Source of the DNA: a virus
Taxonomy: Duplodnaviria; Caudoviricetes
DNA length: 34,152 nucleotides
Strand: one strand, 5' to 3'
IMG/VR virus record: IMGVR_UViG_3300016467_000352
Span: 1 to 34,152 of that record
Below are positions 16,420-26,016 of this stretch, one piece after another. Position 1 is the first letter of the stretch, and each line of letters starts with the position of its first letter. The notes beneath the pieces were generated by a model. The model had not been told where the DNA came from. It ran no database searches and saw only the letters and a program-made list of their open reading frames with translations. The translations under genes were made by a program, and so were the position numbers.

Positions 16420-16752
16420 ATGATTATCAACGCCTTCAACCAGCTTGGTAATACTGTCACCTTTACGGCTAATACGACTGCGCCTACACCTGTCCAAGCG
16501 CCGACGAACACCGGACTTGGCAGCACTCAGTATGAGGTTCTGAATGCGGGACTGGTCACAGTGTTTCTCGGTGTCGGGACTTCTGCTGCTTCTGCTACTA
16601 ATAATGCTGTTGTGGTGACGACTACGGCCGCCAGTTATCCTCTCCTGCCGGGGACCGACAAGATCATCACGGCCCCTCCGGGTGCGTATTTCACTGGCAT
16701 TACGTCGTCGTCTACGGCTGCTGTCTACATTACTCCCGGCGAAGGGATGTAA
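16420..16752 (+). CDS. virion protein, paralog of 24442-24768
   Basis: GNTVTFTA..PTPVQA..TQY..VYITPGEGM shared with 24442-24768. Confidence 0.85.
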   Translation: MIINAFNQLGNTVTFTANTTAPTPVQAPTNTGLGSTQYEVLNAGLVTVFLGVGTSAASATNNAVVVTTTAASYPLLPGTDKIITAPPGAYFTGITSSSTAAVYITPGEGM

Positions 16753-16754
16753 TT

Positions 16755-17321
16755 ATGTTAAAAACAGCCTCTTCAGTGACTAACGCTATAGGTGCTTTGA
16801 ATTACAAAGGCACTTGGGATGCGTCTACAAACAATCCCACGCTAACTAGCGGTGTTGGCGTCAAGGGTGATTATTATGTGGTTTCCGTTGCTGGTAATAC
16901 TAACCTCGACGGCACGACGCTTTGGGGTGTGGGTGACTGGGCTGTTTTCAACGGAAGCATCTGGCAAAAAGTAGATGGCGGCAGCACGACCAATGTTACG
17001 TCACTGACTGTAACTGGTCTGACGGGGTATATGTATGCCAACAATACCTCTCCGGTTACGGCGTCTACGACCATCCCCAATGCCGGTCTTGCCAACAGCA
17101 CGACTACGTTAGGTAACACAACAGTTACATTAGGTGGGACGACGACGACCGTAGGCAATCTTACGCTTACGGGTGCCACGGTAACCGCTAATGTGTCTCT
17201 GACGAATACGACCGCAGCTAACGCGACGTTTGCGACTTCTAGCCTTCCGTTGGTGCCGGAGGGTTATGTCATCGTCAGTATTGGCGGTGTGAACAAGAAG
17301 ATTCCATATTACGCGGTGTAA
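16755..17321 (+). CDS. Thr-rich fibre/spike-like virion protein
   Basis: YKGTWDASTNNPTL..GDYYVVSVAG..VGDWAVFNGSIWQKVD domain, Thr-rich stalk, KKIPYY end. Confidence 0.85.
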   Translation: MLKTASSVTNAIGALNYKGTWDASTNNPTLTSGVGVKGDYYVVSVAGNTNLDGTTLWGVGDWAVFNGSIWQKVDGGSTTNVTSLTVTGLTGYMYANNTSPVTASTTIPNAGLANSTTTLGNTTVTLGGTTTTVGNLTLTGATVTANVSLTNTTAANATFATSSLPLVPEGYVIVSIGGVNKKIPYYAV

Positions 17322-17323
17322 TT

Positions 17324-17662
17324 ATGGACATGGCCGCCCTTTCCGCTGTGAAGTTTGGTGACGCTGAATCTCTCAGCGAATTCTTGCTGGAAAACGGCCT
17401 GCAACACACGCTGTTTGCGACGAAGCTTATAGAGCAGGGGTTCACAATCCCGCGTATGCCGATCATGGATGCCAGCACGGATAACCTAGATGACTGGCTC
17501 ATGTCGCATCAGGTAGAGCATCAGGCGTTCTCGGCGGCGACCGGGTTGGATAACCCGTTCAACCTACTGGACATGGATTGGAACGACGAAGAATCGTTTT
17601 ATGACTGGCTCGCTACTCACATGCTGATACACGAACAGCTTGTGGCTGTTCTTGGAGTGTAA
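17324..17662 (+). CDS. hypothetical acidic protein with two WL..H..(E/I)H repeats
   Basis: DDWLMSHQVEH and YDWLATHMLIH; tight operon spacing. Confidence 0.8.
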   Translation: MDMAALSAVKFGDAESLSEFLLENGLQHTLFATKLIEQGFTIPRMPIMDASTDNLDDWLMSHQVEHQAFSAATGLDNPFNLLDMDWNDEESFYDWLATHMLIHEQLVAVLGV

Positions 17663-17664
17663 CT

Positions 17665-18120
17665 ATGGACGGTTTTGATAGCCCTGTTTATCAACAGGTA
17701 AAAAAAGAACGTGGTCCTATCCAGCGTATGTCTACGCAAGATATTGTGCGGACAGAAATAGAGAATAATGGCTCTAAAGCCGACTGGAAAAGCGTTTATA
17801 ACCGTCTGCAAAAACTCATTCAATCTCCTGAATTTCGTATTTTTAGAGCAAACAATAGTTTGTTCCTGATTCACAACGAAGGTAATGGTAAAGCGTCTGT
17901 GTTTATGTTTAACGCAGATCGTGTGCAGGACATGCCTAAAAGCATGTCTGATTTTGGCGCTGCTTTGAAAAAAGCGGGGTTTAACACCGTGTCATTCAAT
18001 AGTGTTAGACCTGCCGTTTTGCGCCTGTTGAAATCTACAGGCAAGAAGTTTTCCGTGATTCCGTCTAATCCTGAACCGGGAACTGGTCAACCGTCTCTTC
18101 ATGTAGAAGTGGAGCTTTAA
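17665..18120 (+). CDS. hypothetical protein, possibly GNAT-like
   Basis: GGAG SD; position before ejection genes; AALKKAGFNTVSFNSVRPAVLRLL resembles a GNAT C-terminus. Confidence 0.7.
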   Translation: MDGFDSPVYQQVKKERGPIQRMSTQDIVRTEIENNGSKADWKSVYNRLQKLIQSPEFRIFRANNSLFLIHNEGNGKASVFMFNADRVQDMPKSMSDFGAALKKAGFNTVSFNSVRPAVLRLLKSTGKKFSVIPSNPEPGTGQPSLHVEVEL

Positions 18121-18121
18121 T

Positions 18122-19381
18122 ATGTGTTGCGGTGGATTCGTTGCTCAAATTTTTGAGCCTGTAGAGTCGATTGCCGAGACTGTTGCCGATGTTGCTGAAT
18201 CTGCCGCAGGAGCGGTTGAAAATGTAATAGAAAACCCCCTCCCAGTTATTGAGACTATTGCTCTGACTGCGGCGGGTGTCCCTGCGCCTATTGCCAGTGC
18301 TGCTGTAGCAGCGGCTAATGGCGGTGATGTCGAGGATGTCGCAAAGGCTGCCGCAGGATCATACGCGGGTGGTCAGGTTGGCGGTGCCGTGGGTAGTGCG
18401 GTCCCCGCCGAGGTTTCTCAGATTGCTTCTAGTGCTGCATCGGGTGCAACACAAGCTGCTGTTACAGGTCGTGACATTGGAACGGGTGCGTTAACGGGTG
18501 CTGTTGGGGGTGCTGCTGGTGCCGTAACGCCGCAGGTTGCCGATGTTCTTGGGGTGTCGCCCAACATAGCTGGCGCTATTACCCGTGCGGCGGGTGCTGG
18601 AACGTCTGCGGCCTTAACAGGTGGGGACGTTGGTGCTGCTATTGGTCGTAGTGCGGCACTGAGCGGTATAGGCGAGGCTGGACAAGCTATAAACAGGGCT
18701 GTCACAACGCCAGAACTGGTCCGTCCGGGTATAGAAGAACAGACGCCTGCTCAGGTTGCCGAGCAGATGGGGCCGGAAGCTTATGCGCTGGCTTATCCTG
18801 ACCGTGCGCCTATAGACATGACGCCTTACGAGGGTCTTGGCTACACGGAAGAGGACGTTCGTCAACTGCAAAGAGGCACCTACGCGGGCCGAGAACTTAC
18901 GGAAGAGCAGGCTAGAGAACAGCTAGGCAACCTTTACGACATAACTTACCCTGAAGGATTCCCAACGTCCTCGTCGGCGTATGAGGGTTTAGGATATACA
19001 GCGCAGGACATCTACGAGCTTGGGGAAGGCACGTATGCCGGTCCTGAGCAGACGCCTGAGCAGGTCAGAGAGCAGATGGGCGATCAATACGATCTGGCTT
19101 ATGGCGACGTTTACCGTGAGCCTGAAGATATTTCTGGTGCAGTGCGTCAAGCGGCGGCTCCTTTTGTCGGTTATACAACGCCGCCTGAACAACGTGTGCA
19201 ACAGGGTGGGTATCAAACAATCCAGGAAGGACCGACTTCTACCCCGACTAGCACGGCGTATCTTGCCCGTGGCGCGGTAGGCAGCCCGGAGATTACTGGA
19301 AGCCCGGTGTTTGGGACGGAAAAGGGTAAGCGTAAGAAAGTCTGGAACATTGAGTCTTTGCGTGAGGCGTTGGGAGTCTAA
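18122..19381 (+). CDS. putative internal virion/ejection protein with Gly-Ala-rich region and ~51-aa repeats
   Basis: GAVGGAAG glycine-zipper-like region; YEGLGYT..GTYAG.E.T.EQ.REQ.G..Y...Y repeats. Confidence 0.75.
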   Translation: MCCGGFVAQIFEPVESIAETVADVAESAAGAVENVIENPLPVIETIALTAAGVPAPIASAAVAAANGGDVEDVAKAAAGSYAGGQVGGAVGSAVPAEVSQIASSAASGATQAAVTGRDIGTGALTGAVGGAAGAVTPQVADVLGVSPNIAGAITRAAGAGTSAALTGGDVGAAIGRSAALSGIGEAGQAINRAVTTPELVRPGIEEQTPAQVAEQMGPEAYALAYPDRAPIDMTPYEGLGYTEEDVRQLQRGTYAGRELTEEQAREQLGNLYDITYPEGFPTSSSAYEGLGYTAQDIYELGEGTYAGPEQTPEQVREQMGDQYDLAYGDVYREPEDISGAVRQAAAPFVGYTTPPEQRVQQGGYQTIQEGPTSTPTSTAYLARGAVGSPEITGSPVFGTEKGKRKKVWNIESLREALGV

Positions 19382-19382
19382 T

Positions 19383-20474
19383 ATGAAAAAGCGTGAAATA
19401 CCGGCGCTCCTGCGCCCGAAGATGATGGACCTGGACTACTCTGTTCTGGCCGAAATGATCCGGCAACAGGGCCGTGGGCGCGACAAGATTCTGGCGCATA
19501 TCACGCCGGACGAGGCGCGGCTGCTGAAACAACGAGGCGGCAGAGGGTCTATTAATCCGACAACGGGACTTCCTGAGTTTCAGGAGGATTTTGTGTCGGG
19601 TTATGACGTTCCGAGTATGGATGTTGGGATTGCTCAACCAACATCATTTGACATTCGTGACGAGCAGCCCGCAGAAGATGCGTATGCAACTTATATCCAA
19701 AATGCTCCTGTTGTAACTGGATACCCGGAACTTCGCGAGCAAGAGGCTGGAGTATATGAACCCGGTGGATTTTACGGGCGAGGTCGTCAAGATGTTGTAA
19801 ATGAATCTGTTAATCAGATTAGAAATCTTGCACAGTTACAAAGTTATCCACAAGCGGTTATCCCTCCGTTTCCGTCTAGCTACGTTTCTGGAGAAGAATC
19901 GCCAACGGGTGTTCAACCTACGCAGCCCGGATTTTTAGACAAACTTAGCGAAGAAACTAAAAAATACTTCCAAAGCCCGACGAATGTTCTGCGTGCATTA
20001 GGAACGCTCGGCACCGTTGGTTTGGGTGGACTTGCTTACAGGCAAGCCGGTCGTCAGGGCGGTGCTGCACAGCGTGAACTTCAGGATATTGGCGCTCCTT
20101 ACCGTGCTAGAGGCCAGGAACTGGTCGCCGCCGGGCAAAGAGGCGAACTTACTGCACCGCAACAACAGGCATTGCAGCAGATTAGGGCGCAATCGCAGCA
20201 GCAGCTTGCCCGTGCGGGTATACGTGGTGGCACGGCGGCCCTGCAAGCGGAGGCTGCTATCCAGCGTCAGGCAGAGCAGTTTGCACAGCAGAATATTGAC
20301 CGTGGTCTGCAACTGCTGAATATTGCCGACAAATACACGGCGCAGGGTATTAAAGCAGCGTATCAAGCAGACGCAGATGCCCGTAATCTGGCACTGAGAT
20401 TCTTCACTGCTGCAACGCAACAAATACCGCAGGGTTCTCCGACTGCTGTGCAGACCGTTCCCGCTGGTCGCTAG
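19383..20474 (+). CDS. putative internal virion/DNA pilot protein
   Basis: GGGAG SD; GRGRDKILAHITPDEARLLKQRGGRGSINPTTGLPEF motif, hydrophobic segment, Gln/Ala coiled coil. Confidence 0.75.
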   Translation: MKKREIPALLRPKMMDLDYSVLAEMIRQQGRGRDKILAHITPDEARLLKQRGGRGSINPTTGLPEFQEDFVSGYDVPSMDVGIAQPTSFDIRDEQPAEDAYATYIQNAPVVTGYPELREQEAGVYEPGGFYGRGRQDVVNESVNQIRNLAQLQSYPQAVIPPFPSSYVSGEESPTGVQPTQPGFLDKLSEETKKYFQSPTNVLRALGTLGTVGLGGLAYRQAGRQGGAAQRELQDIGAPYRARGQELVAAGQRGELTAPQQQALQQIRAQSQQQLARAGIRGGTAALQAEAAIQRQAEQFAQQNIDRGLQLLNIADKYTAQGIKAAYQADADARNLALRFFTAATQQIPQGSPTAVQTVPAGR

Positions 20475-20482
20475 GTGTAAAC

Positions 20483-21898
20483 ATGGCTGAAAACAAATAC
20501 GAAAAAATGATGTTGGGTAGGGCAGAGAAAGCTCTTACTGACATTCCTCAAGCGGAAAGAAAGACCGCCGATATTCGTCGTCAACAACAGTTACAGACTG
20601 AGGACTACATTCGTCAGCAAGAAGCTCGCACTGCCGAGTATGGTGCTGGCCTAGAACGTATATCCAGACAGCAGCAAGAGGGTGTTAAGCGTGCTGGCGA
20701 AGAATATCAACGCGGTATGATGAAGGTTGATTACTCGCCTACCCGCGAGGAAATACCTCAGCTTGTCCAGCTTTTCAGCACGTTGACCGCTGCCGCATTC
20801 CTAGCAGGCGGCAAGGGCCGTCAGTCGGGTATGGGTGCGCTTTCGGCCATGACCGGCGCGATGGAAGGGTATCGGAAAGGTCAGAAAGAAGTTTTTGACA
20901 GGGAAATTAAAGAATTTGATAAACGCCTTCGTGAAGTGCAGTTACATAACGAAGGTGTTAAACGGCAATATGATATTGCCATGCAAACTCTGAAAACAAA
21001 CAGGGAAGCAGGACTTGCAGAGCTTAAAAAGCTGGAAATGATGGCTACCAATAGCAAGATGGCCTATGACGCACGCAGAGGCGATCTTAATGCTTTGGCT
21101 CAAGACGTTAAGACTCAGGTAGATGCCGGTAACAAGGCTATTACGGATTGGACGACTTATACTCGTCAAAAAGCTGCTGAAGCAAGAGCACAGGCTCAAG
21201 CAGAGCTTTCACGCAGAGCAGCAGAACGAGCAGACATTGCTTTGGGTTTGAAATTACGCGGGTTTGAAGAAAAAGAACGTCAAGCAGCGCCGAAACAAAT
21301 TCAGGACATGAAAGACGGCAAGGCAAAAAATGAAGCTATTGCCCGCGCCTCTACTGTTGGAGCTTTTGACTTTATTATTGATGCTGTTCGTGCAGACAAT
21401 TCACTTGTTGGCGTATTGGGAACTGCTCGTCAAGCCGGTAGCATGGCGAGCCAAATCCCAGGATTAGGAGGTCTTGCTGATCCTAAACGCGGTTACATAC
21501 GCTCTCTTATTGAGGCTGCCAAAACTTCTGACTATCGTGCTTTCGTTGGTTCTGGCGCAATGTCAGAGGGCGACCAGAAACGACTGAATAACATTTTTGC
21601 GACTATGCCTCTTTATAGCGCAACAGATGTTATTTCTGCGTTTAGTGCAGCAAGAAACATCCTTGCTAACAATCTTGAAGGCGCTGGATTTGATACGGAT
21701 CGTGAATCCGAACGATATTATAGAAATTACGAAAGAACATTCCAATCCGGCGGTAGACAACCTCGCGCCCAAGCTGCACCGCAACAACAAGTTAATCGTA
21801 TGCCGTCAGAGGAAAAATTGAGAGCATACGCAAATGCCAATTTTAATGGCAATGTTGAACAAGCTAGGCAGTTTCTTATCAGCCAGGGTTATCAATAA
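20483..21898 (+). CDS. putative internal virion/ejection protein (coiled coil)
   Basis: 471 aa helical, central hydrophobic Gly/Ala segment; position. Confidence 0.7.
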   Translation: MAENKYEKMMLGRAEKALTDIPQAERKTADIRRQQQLQTEDYIRQQEARTAEYGAGLERISRQQQEGVKRAGEEYQRGMMKVDYSPTREEIPQLVQLFSTLTAAAFLAGGKGRQSGMGALSAMTGAMEGYRKGQKEVFDREIKEFDKRLREVQLHNEGVKRQYDIAMQTLKTNREAGLAELKKLEMMATNSKMAYDARRGDLNALAQDVKTQVDAGNKAITDWTTYTRQKAAEARAQAQAELSRRAAERADIALGLKLRGFEEKERQAAPKQIQDMKDGKAKNEAIARASTVGAFDFIIDAVRADNSLVGVLGTARQAGSMASQIPGLGGLADPKRGYIRSLIEAAKTSDYRAFVGSGAMSEGDQKRLNNIFATMPLYSATDVISAFSAARNILANNLEGAGFDTDRESERYYRNYERTFQSGGRQPRAQAAPQQQVNRMPSEEKLRAYANANFNGNVEQARQFLISQGYQ

Positions 21899-23517
21899 TG
21901 GCTATTGATATTAGCGATCTTCCTGTTCCTCGCAAAGATGACATTTCTGATTTGCCCGTTCCTCCGCGCGCAGGTATGCCATCACGTGAGGAGCTTATAA
22001 GTCAGATTCCTGGCATGCAAGGTGAGCGCGTTCCGTATGCGGAACCTTCAGCGCAGCCGGAAGGACGTATGGCGCGTATTGGACGTAGGGCTATGGAGTC
22101 CGTTTCTGCGCTTCCTCCTACCGTTGCTGCTCCTGCACTTGCGCTTGGTGCTGTAAGCCGGGTTCCTCAAGCTGTCCGTGGACTTGCCGGTCCTGTTGAG
22201 CGTGGCATTACTCAGTTTGCACAAGCGATGACGCCGACAACCGGGCGTGGACTTAGACAGGCAGCAACGTCTGCGGGTATTGCTGGCGGTGCAGGAGAAA
22301 TTGCAAGACAAGCCGCTGAGACTGGCGGTGCTGGCACATTGGGTCAGACTGCGGCAGAGTTTGCCGGACAAATGGCTCCGTCTGCTGCGCGTGCTGCTGC
22401 TGCTCGCGGTGTTGCTTCACTTGCTGAGAAAACAGGTAAACGTCTTTATTCTATTCCTGAAGGCGTTTCTAGTCCTGAAACAGAGAGAATTCTTGGTCTT
22501 GCGAGAGAACGCGGAATATCAATTCTTCCAAGTCAAATTAGAGATAGTCGTGGATTAAAAGCGACTGAGCGTATTCTTCAACTATTGCCCGGTTCTGCTG
22601 AGCAATTCAGGGAATTTGGCCGTAAAAATCAAGAAGCAGTGAATAAGGCTATTGCCAAAGGTTTTGGCTCTGTTGAGGGCAGTCTTGTTCCTCAGACTAT
22701 GAATCAGGCAAAAACCAGCATAGGAAATCAATACGACACACTGCTTGGTAATAAGCAGTTTAGTGTTCCTAAAGACATAAAAAATTCTCTTTTAAGTTCT
22801 TTGTCGCAGAATGAAGCTTTAAGGGAATTCAGAGCCGCTAGTCCTGCTGTTTCTCAATTTGCAAAAGCACTAGAAAGTAAACAAGACATACCTGCAAAAT
22901 TCTGGAAAGAAGTCAGATCAGAGGTATCTCAATTTGTTTATGGGTTAGAAGGTCCGGCAAAATATCAAGGAATTGAAGTTTTAAAGCTATTTGATGACGT
23001 TGCTAAACGTGGTCTTGGCGCAAAAGATTACGAGTCGCTTAAAGGAATAGATAAACTTAATTCCGCACTTAAAGCTTACGAAGATGTGTTCGTAAAAAGC
23101 GGCGGTGCTATACAACGCGCTGGCGATGTAGATTTAAACAAGTTTGCAAAAGCTTACTCGCAGGTAGAGCCGTTAAATATTCTTTACGGAAAAACAGGTG
23201 GTCGCGCTGGTGAGTATGTTCCTCTTTCTGAAATAGGAACGACGTATCCTGTATTTACTCGCCCTCGCGTTCCTGAAACTCAAGCAACTACGCTTCCGGG
23301 GCTTGCAAGGACAACTACGGGCATGAGCCTTCTTGGTGGCGGCCTGTATTCTGGACTAGATGCGGCTACTTTAGCTGGCGCTGGATTGTTGGCCTCCCGT
23401 CCTCTGGCGGGTCAAATCGGGCAGTTTTATTTAAATCCTGAAGAATACGCTAGGGCATTGCGTCAAATAGGTGTAAGCCCGTATGCAGCCGTATTGCCGA
23501 CTATTACTAGGGAGTAG
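21898..23517 (+). CDS. putative large internal virion/ejection protein
   Basis: TAATG overlap; Ala/Gly-rich helical; duplicated DISDLPVP at N-terminus. Confidence 0.7.
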   Translation: MAIDISDLPVPRKDDISDLPVPPRAGMPSREELISQIPGMQGERVPYAEPSAQPEGRMARIGRRAMESVSALPPTVAAPALALGAVSRVPQAVRGLAGPVERGITQFAQAMTPTTGRGLRQAATSAGIAGGAGEIARQAAETGGAGTLGQTAAEFAGQMAPSAARAAAARGVASLAEKTGKRLYSIPEGVSSPETERILGLARERGISILPSQIRDSRGLKATERILQLLPGSAEQFREFGRKNQEAVNKAIAKGFGSVEGSLVPQTMNQAKTSIGNQYDTLLGNKQFSVPKDIKNSLLSSLSQNEALREFRAASPAVSQFAKALESKQDIPAKFWKEVRSEVSQFVYGLEGPAKYQGIEVLKLFDDVAKRGLGAKDYESLKGIDKLNSALKAYEDVFVKSGGAIQRAGDVDLNKFAKAYSQVEPLNILYGKTGGRAGEYVPLSEIGTTYPVFTRPRVPETQATTLPGLARTTTGMSLLGGGLYSGLDAATLAGAGLLASRPLAGQIGQFYLNPEEYARALRQIGVSPYAAVLPTITRE

Positions 23518-23519
23518 AT

Positions 23520-23657
23520 ATGCCGCTCAAGAAGGGTTACAGCAAGAAAACCATTAGCAAGAACATCGCTAAGGAAATCCGTCGTGGCCGTCCGCAGAAA
23601 CAGGCAGCGGCCATAGCCTACAGTGTTGCACGTAAAGCGAAAAGGAAGGCAAGATGA
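23520..23657 (+). CDS. small basic protein (45 aa)
   Basis: Not in track; GGGAG SD; [45 protein letters not shown]. Confidence 0.85.
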   Translation: MPLKKGYSKKTISKNIAKEIRRGRPQKQAAAIAYSVARKAKRKAR

Positions 23658-23803
23658 AAGACAAGATGACTAAGGAAGAAGAGCGGGCTGGCAAGGCTGA
23701 AGAGAATGCGAGCCGGGAAGCCCAAAAGAACCTGGGCCGTAAGCCGGTAGGCCGTAAGATGACTATCACGGTCACGCGCAGCAAACGTTCTTCTAAGCGA
23801 TGA
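23654..23803 (+). CDS. small basic protein (49 aa)
   Basis: Not in track; ATGA overlaps on both sides; [14 protein letters not shown]...RSKRSSKR*. Confidence 0.75.
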   Translation: MKDKMTKEEERAGKAEENASREAQKNLGRKPVGRKMTITVTRSKRSSKR

Positions 23804-24006
23804 AAAAGAAGAAGAACGTTGTTAACGCTGAGATAGAGGGTTTCATTAACGAAATGCTGTCTCAGGTTAAAACGGATACTACAGCGTCATTGACTGATAA
23901 AATGAAAGTCCTTGACCGTGCGCTTAAATGGGAGGCTATTAAGCTCAAGGCCGAGGACGATGCTTGGGGTTCTGGCTTTATGCAGGACTCTGAGGAAGAT
24001 AGTTAG
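23800..24006 (+). CDS. hypothetical protein (68 aa)
   Basis: ATGA overlap; helical. Confidence 0.8.
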   Translation: MKKKKNVVNAEIEGFINEMLSQVKTDTTASLTDKMKVLDRALKWEAIKLKAEDDAWGSGFMQDSEEDS

Positions 24007-24030
24007 TGCTTACTAACATAGGGGCTAGTC

Positions 24031-24252
24031 ATGGACGCTGCGTTTCTGAAGGTGTTGCGTATTGCTTTGACGGTTTTGAGTGATCGGCTGATTACATTCC
24101 TGGCGCTGGCTATGTCTTTTGGGCTGGCGTGTTGGGCGATGTGGGGGCCGACTATAGAGCGGTTAGTGATGGCAGGGTTTTTCGCGGTTTTCGTGTTCCT
24201 GCCTGCCTTGATAAAGGAGCGTAAGAGTGAAGATCAGCATAACGACGATTAA
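24031..24252 (+). CDS. small two-TM membrane protein
   Basis: AGGGG SD; two hydrophobic segments. Confidence 0.8.
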   Translation: MDAAFLKVLRIALTVLSDRLITFLALAMSFGLACWAMWGPTIERLVMAGFFAVFVFLPALIKERKSEDQHNDD

Positions 24253-24439
24253 GCCGAAGTCTGAGGGTAAGCCGGTCCGGTCGCAGAGCCCTTCTGACGT
24301 TTACGGGCGCGGGCAGGCGAACTACTGGCAGCCGGGTCAGATTCCTGTGGGCGGGTTCCGCTCTACCTTCTGCTTCTCGGACGACCATAACCCGAAATCC
24401 TCGCCTACCAGCAAGCCGGGTAACGCAAAAGCGAGGTAA
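24227..24439 (+). CDS. hypothetical protein (70 aa)
   Basis: AAGGAG SD before GTG. Confidence 0.7.
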   Translation: MKISITTIKPKSEGKPVRSQSPSDVYGRGQANYWQPGQIPVGGFRSTFCFSDDHNPKSSPTSKPGNAKAR

Positions 24440-24441
24440 TC

Positions 24442-24768
24442 ATGGGCATTATGGCCTTTACCCCGATGGGCAACACGGTGGTCTTTACGGCTGCCGTTAC
24501 CCCGCCAACGCCTGTTCGGGCGCAGTCTACGACTATCGCGGGAACGCAATACCGGATTAACAACTCCGGTAACGCCACGGTCTATATCGGTTTTGGAGAC
24601 AGTGCCAATGCCGCGACAACGATGGCAAACGTGACGCCTACAGGTGCGACGATAGTGATGAATCCTTCTTCCACAGAGGTATTCACTTTTAACGGCAATC
24701 AGTATTTCACTGCGGCTACCGTTAGCGGAACGTCTGCGGTGTATATCACGCCTGGGGACGGAATGTAA
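24442..24768 (+). CDS. virion protein, paralog of 16420-16752
   Basis: GNTVVFTA..PTPVRA..TQY..VYITPGDGM. Confidence 0.85.
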   Translation: MGIMAFTPMGNTVVFTAAVTPPTPVRAQSTTIAGTQYRINNSGNATVYIGFGDSANAATTMANVTPTGATIVMNPSSTEVFTFNGNQYFTAATVSGTSAVYITPGDGM

Positions 24769-25292
24769 TGTTACGCACAGCCGGTGCAGTCACAATAAAT
24801 GTAACGGGAGCCGGTGGCAATCTAGCCTATGGCTCGTTCTATAGTAATTTGGATCAATCAGATGGTGTTAACACGCCAACTCTGATGTATTGTGAAAACA
24901 CGGCTGATGCTTCTGGCGTTGTTATGAACACCGGCGCTGCTGGCACTAAGTCCCGAATGACGTTTACAAATGCAGGGACTTATAACATTCAATTTTCAGC
25001 GCAGTTTCATAATACTGGCGGTGGCGGTGCTGGAAACACTGTGAATATCTGGTTCCGTCTTAACGGCGTTGACATTCCCAGTAGCGACACAAAACTCACC
25101 GTTCCGTCTAACGCGCCGTATATCGTTGCGGCGTGGAATTTTATACAGACCGTTACTGCGGGGCAGTATGTTGAAATGGTTTTTGCGACAGACAATTCAA
25201 ACATAATTATGGAAGCAGAGCCTGCTGAAACTACGCCATACGCGCACCCGGCAATTCCATCAATCATTATGACTGCACAGCAAATCAGATGA
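24768..25292 (+). CDS. C1q/TNF-like jelly-roll (BclA C-terminal-like) virion protein
   Basis: YGSFY..TFTNAGTYNIQFSAQF..IWFRLNGVDI..AGQYVEM; N-terminus MLRTAG resembles MLKTAS of 16755. Confidence 0.7.
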   Translation: MLRTAGAVTINVTGAGGNLAYGSFYSNLDQSDGVNTPTLMYCENTADASGVVMNTGAAGTKSRMTFTNAGTYNIQFSAQFHNTGGGGAGNTVNIWFRLNGVDIPSSDTKLTVPSNAPYIVAAWNFIQTVTAGQYVEMVFATDNSNIIMEAEPAETTPYAHPAIPSIIMTAQQIR

Positions 25293-25492
25293 GTGATATT
25301 AGCCCTGTCGAGTTTGGGAAGCTTATTAACGCTGTCGAAACACTGACTTCAGAGGTCGAATCTTTGCGATCTGAAGTTAAGACTATGAAAGAGCAGATGA
25401 CGGGTGCTAGGGGTGTAGCGGTTGGCCTTATGCTGGCGGCAGGTGGGGTAGGTGCTGGCGCATCTCATCTGTTTGAACGGATGTTTAAGTGA
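25289..25492 (+). CDS. coiled-coil + C-terminal TM small protein (lysis module)
   Basis: FGKLINAVETLTSEVESLR coiled coil then hydrophobic GVAVGLMLAAGGVG. Confidence 0.75.
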   Translation: MSDISPVEFGKLINAVETLTSEVESLRSEVKTMKEQMTGARGVAVGLMLAAGGVGAGASHLFERMFK

Positions 25493-26016
25493 TTGATCCG
25501 GTATCTATCGGCCTTGCTGTTGCTGGCGCTAGAACTGCTGTAAAGGGTATTCGGGAGGCTATCAAGCTAGGCCATGACATTAAAGACTGTTATGGCGAGC
25601 TTGTTAGCTTCTTTACCCATCAAGGTGAGATAGAGGCTGCCGCAAAGCAGAACGAGGAAGATAGTAAGAAGCCCGGTCCTAAGCCCAAGAACGCTACTGC
25701 GATGGCGATGGAAATCGTCATGCAGAGGCGGCAAATGCGGGATTTTGAGCGTGAGCTTAGGGATATGTTCACGATCAAGGGTGAGCTAGACCTGTATAAC
25801 GAACTTATCGCGGAACGGAACAAGATCATACAGGCGCGGGAAGCCGAGATACGTGCCGCGAAAAAAGCGGAAGAATTAAAGCTTGCAAAGAAAAAGCGTA
25901 AGTTTCAAATGGCGATGCAAGAAATGGAACACGCTATAACTATAGTGTTTTCAATTCTTGTTGCGCTTGTTGCCATTATCGGCACTATAGCCATGACCAT
26001 GAGCGTTACAAAATGA
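25489..26016 (+). CDS. coiled-coil protein with C-terminal TM
   Basis: MIDPVSI start, coiled coil, IVFSILVALVAIIGTIA. Confidence 0.8.
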   Translation: MIDPVSIGLAVAGARTAVKGIREAIKLGHDIKDCYGELVSFFTHQGEIEAAAKQNEEDSKKPGPKPKNATAMAMEIVMQRRQMRDFERELRDMFTIKGELDLYNELIAERNKIIQAREAEIRAAKKAEELKLAKKKRKFQMAMQEMEHAITIVFSILVALVAIIGTIAMTMSVTK

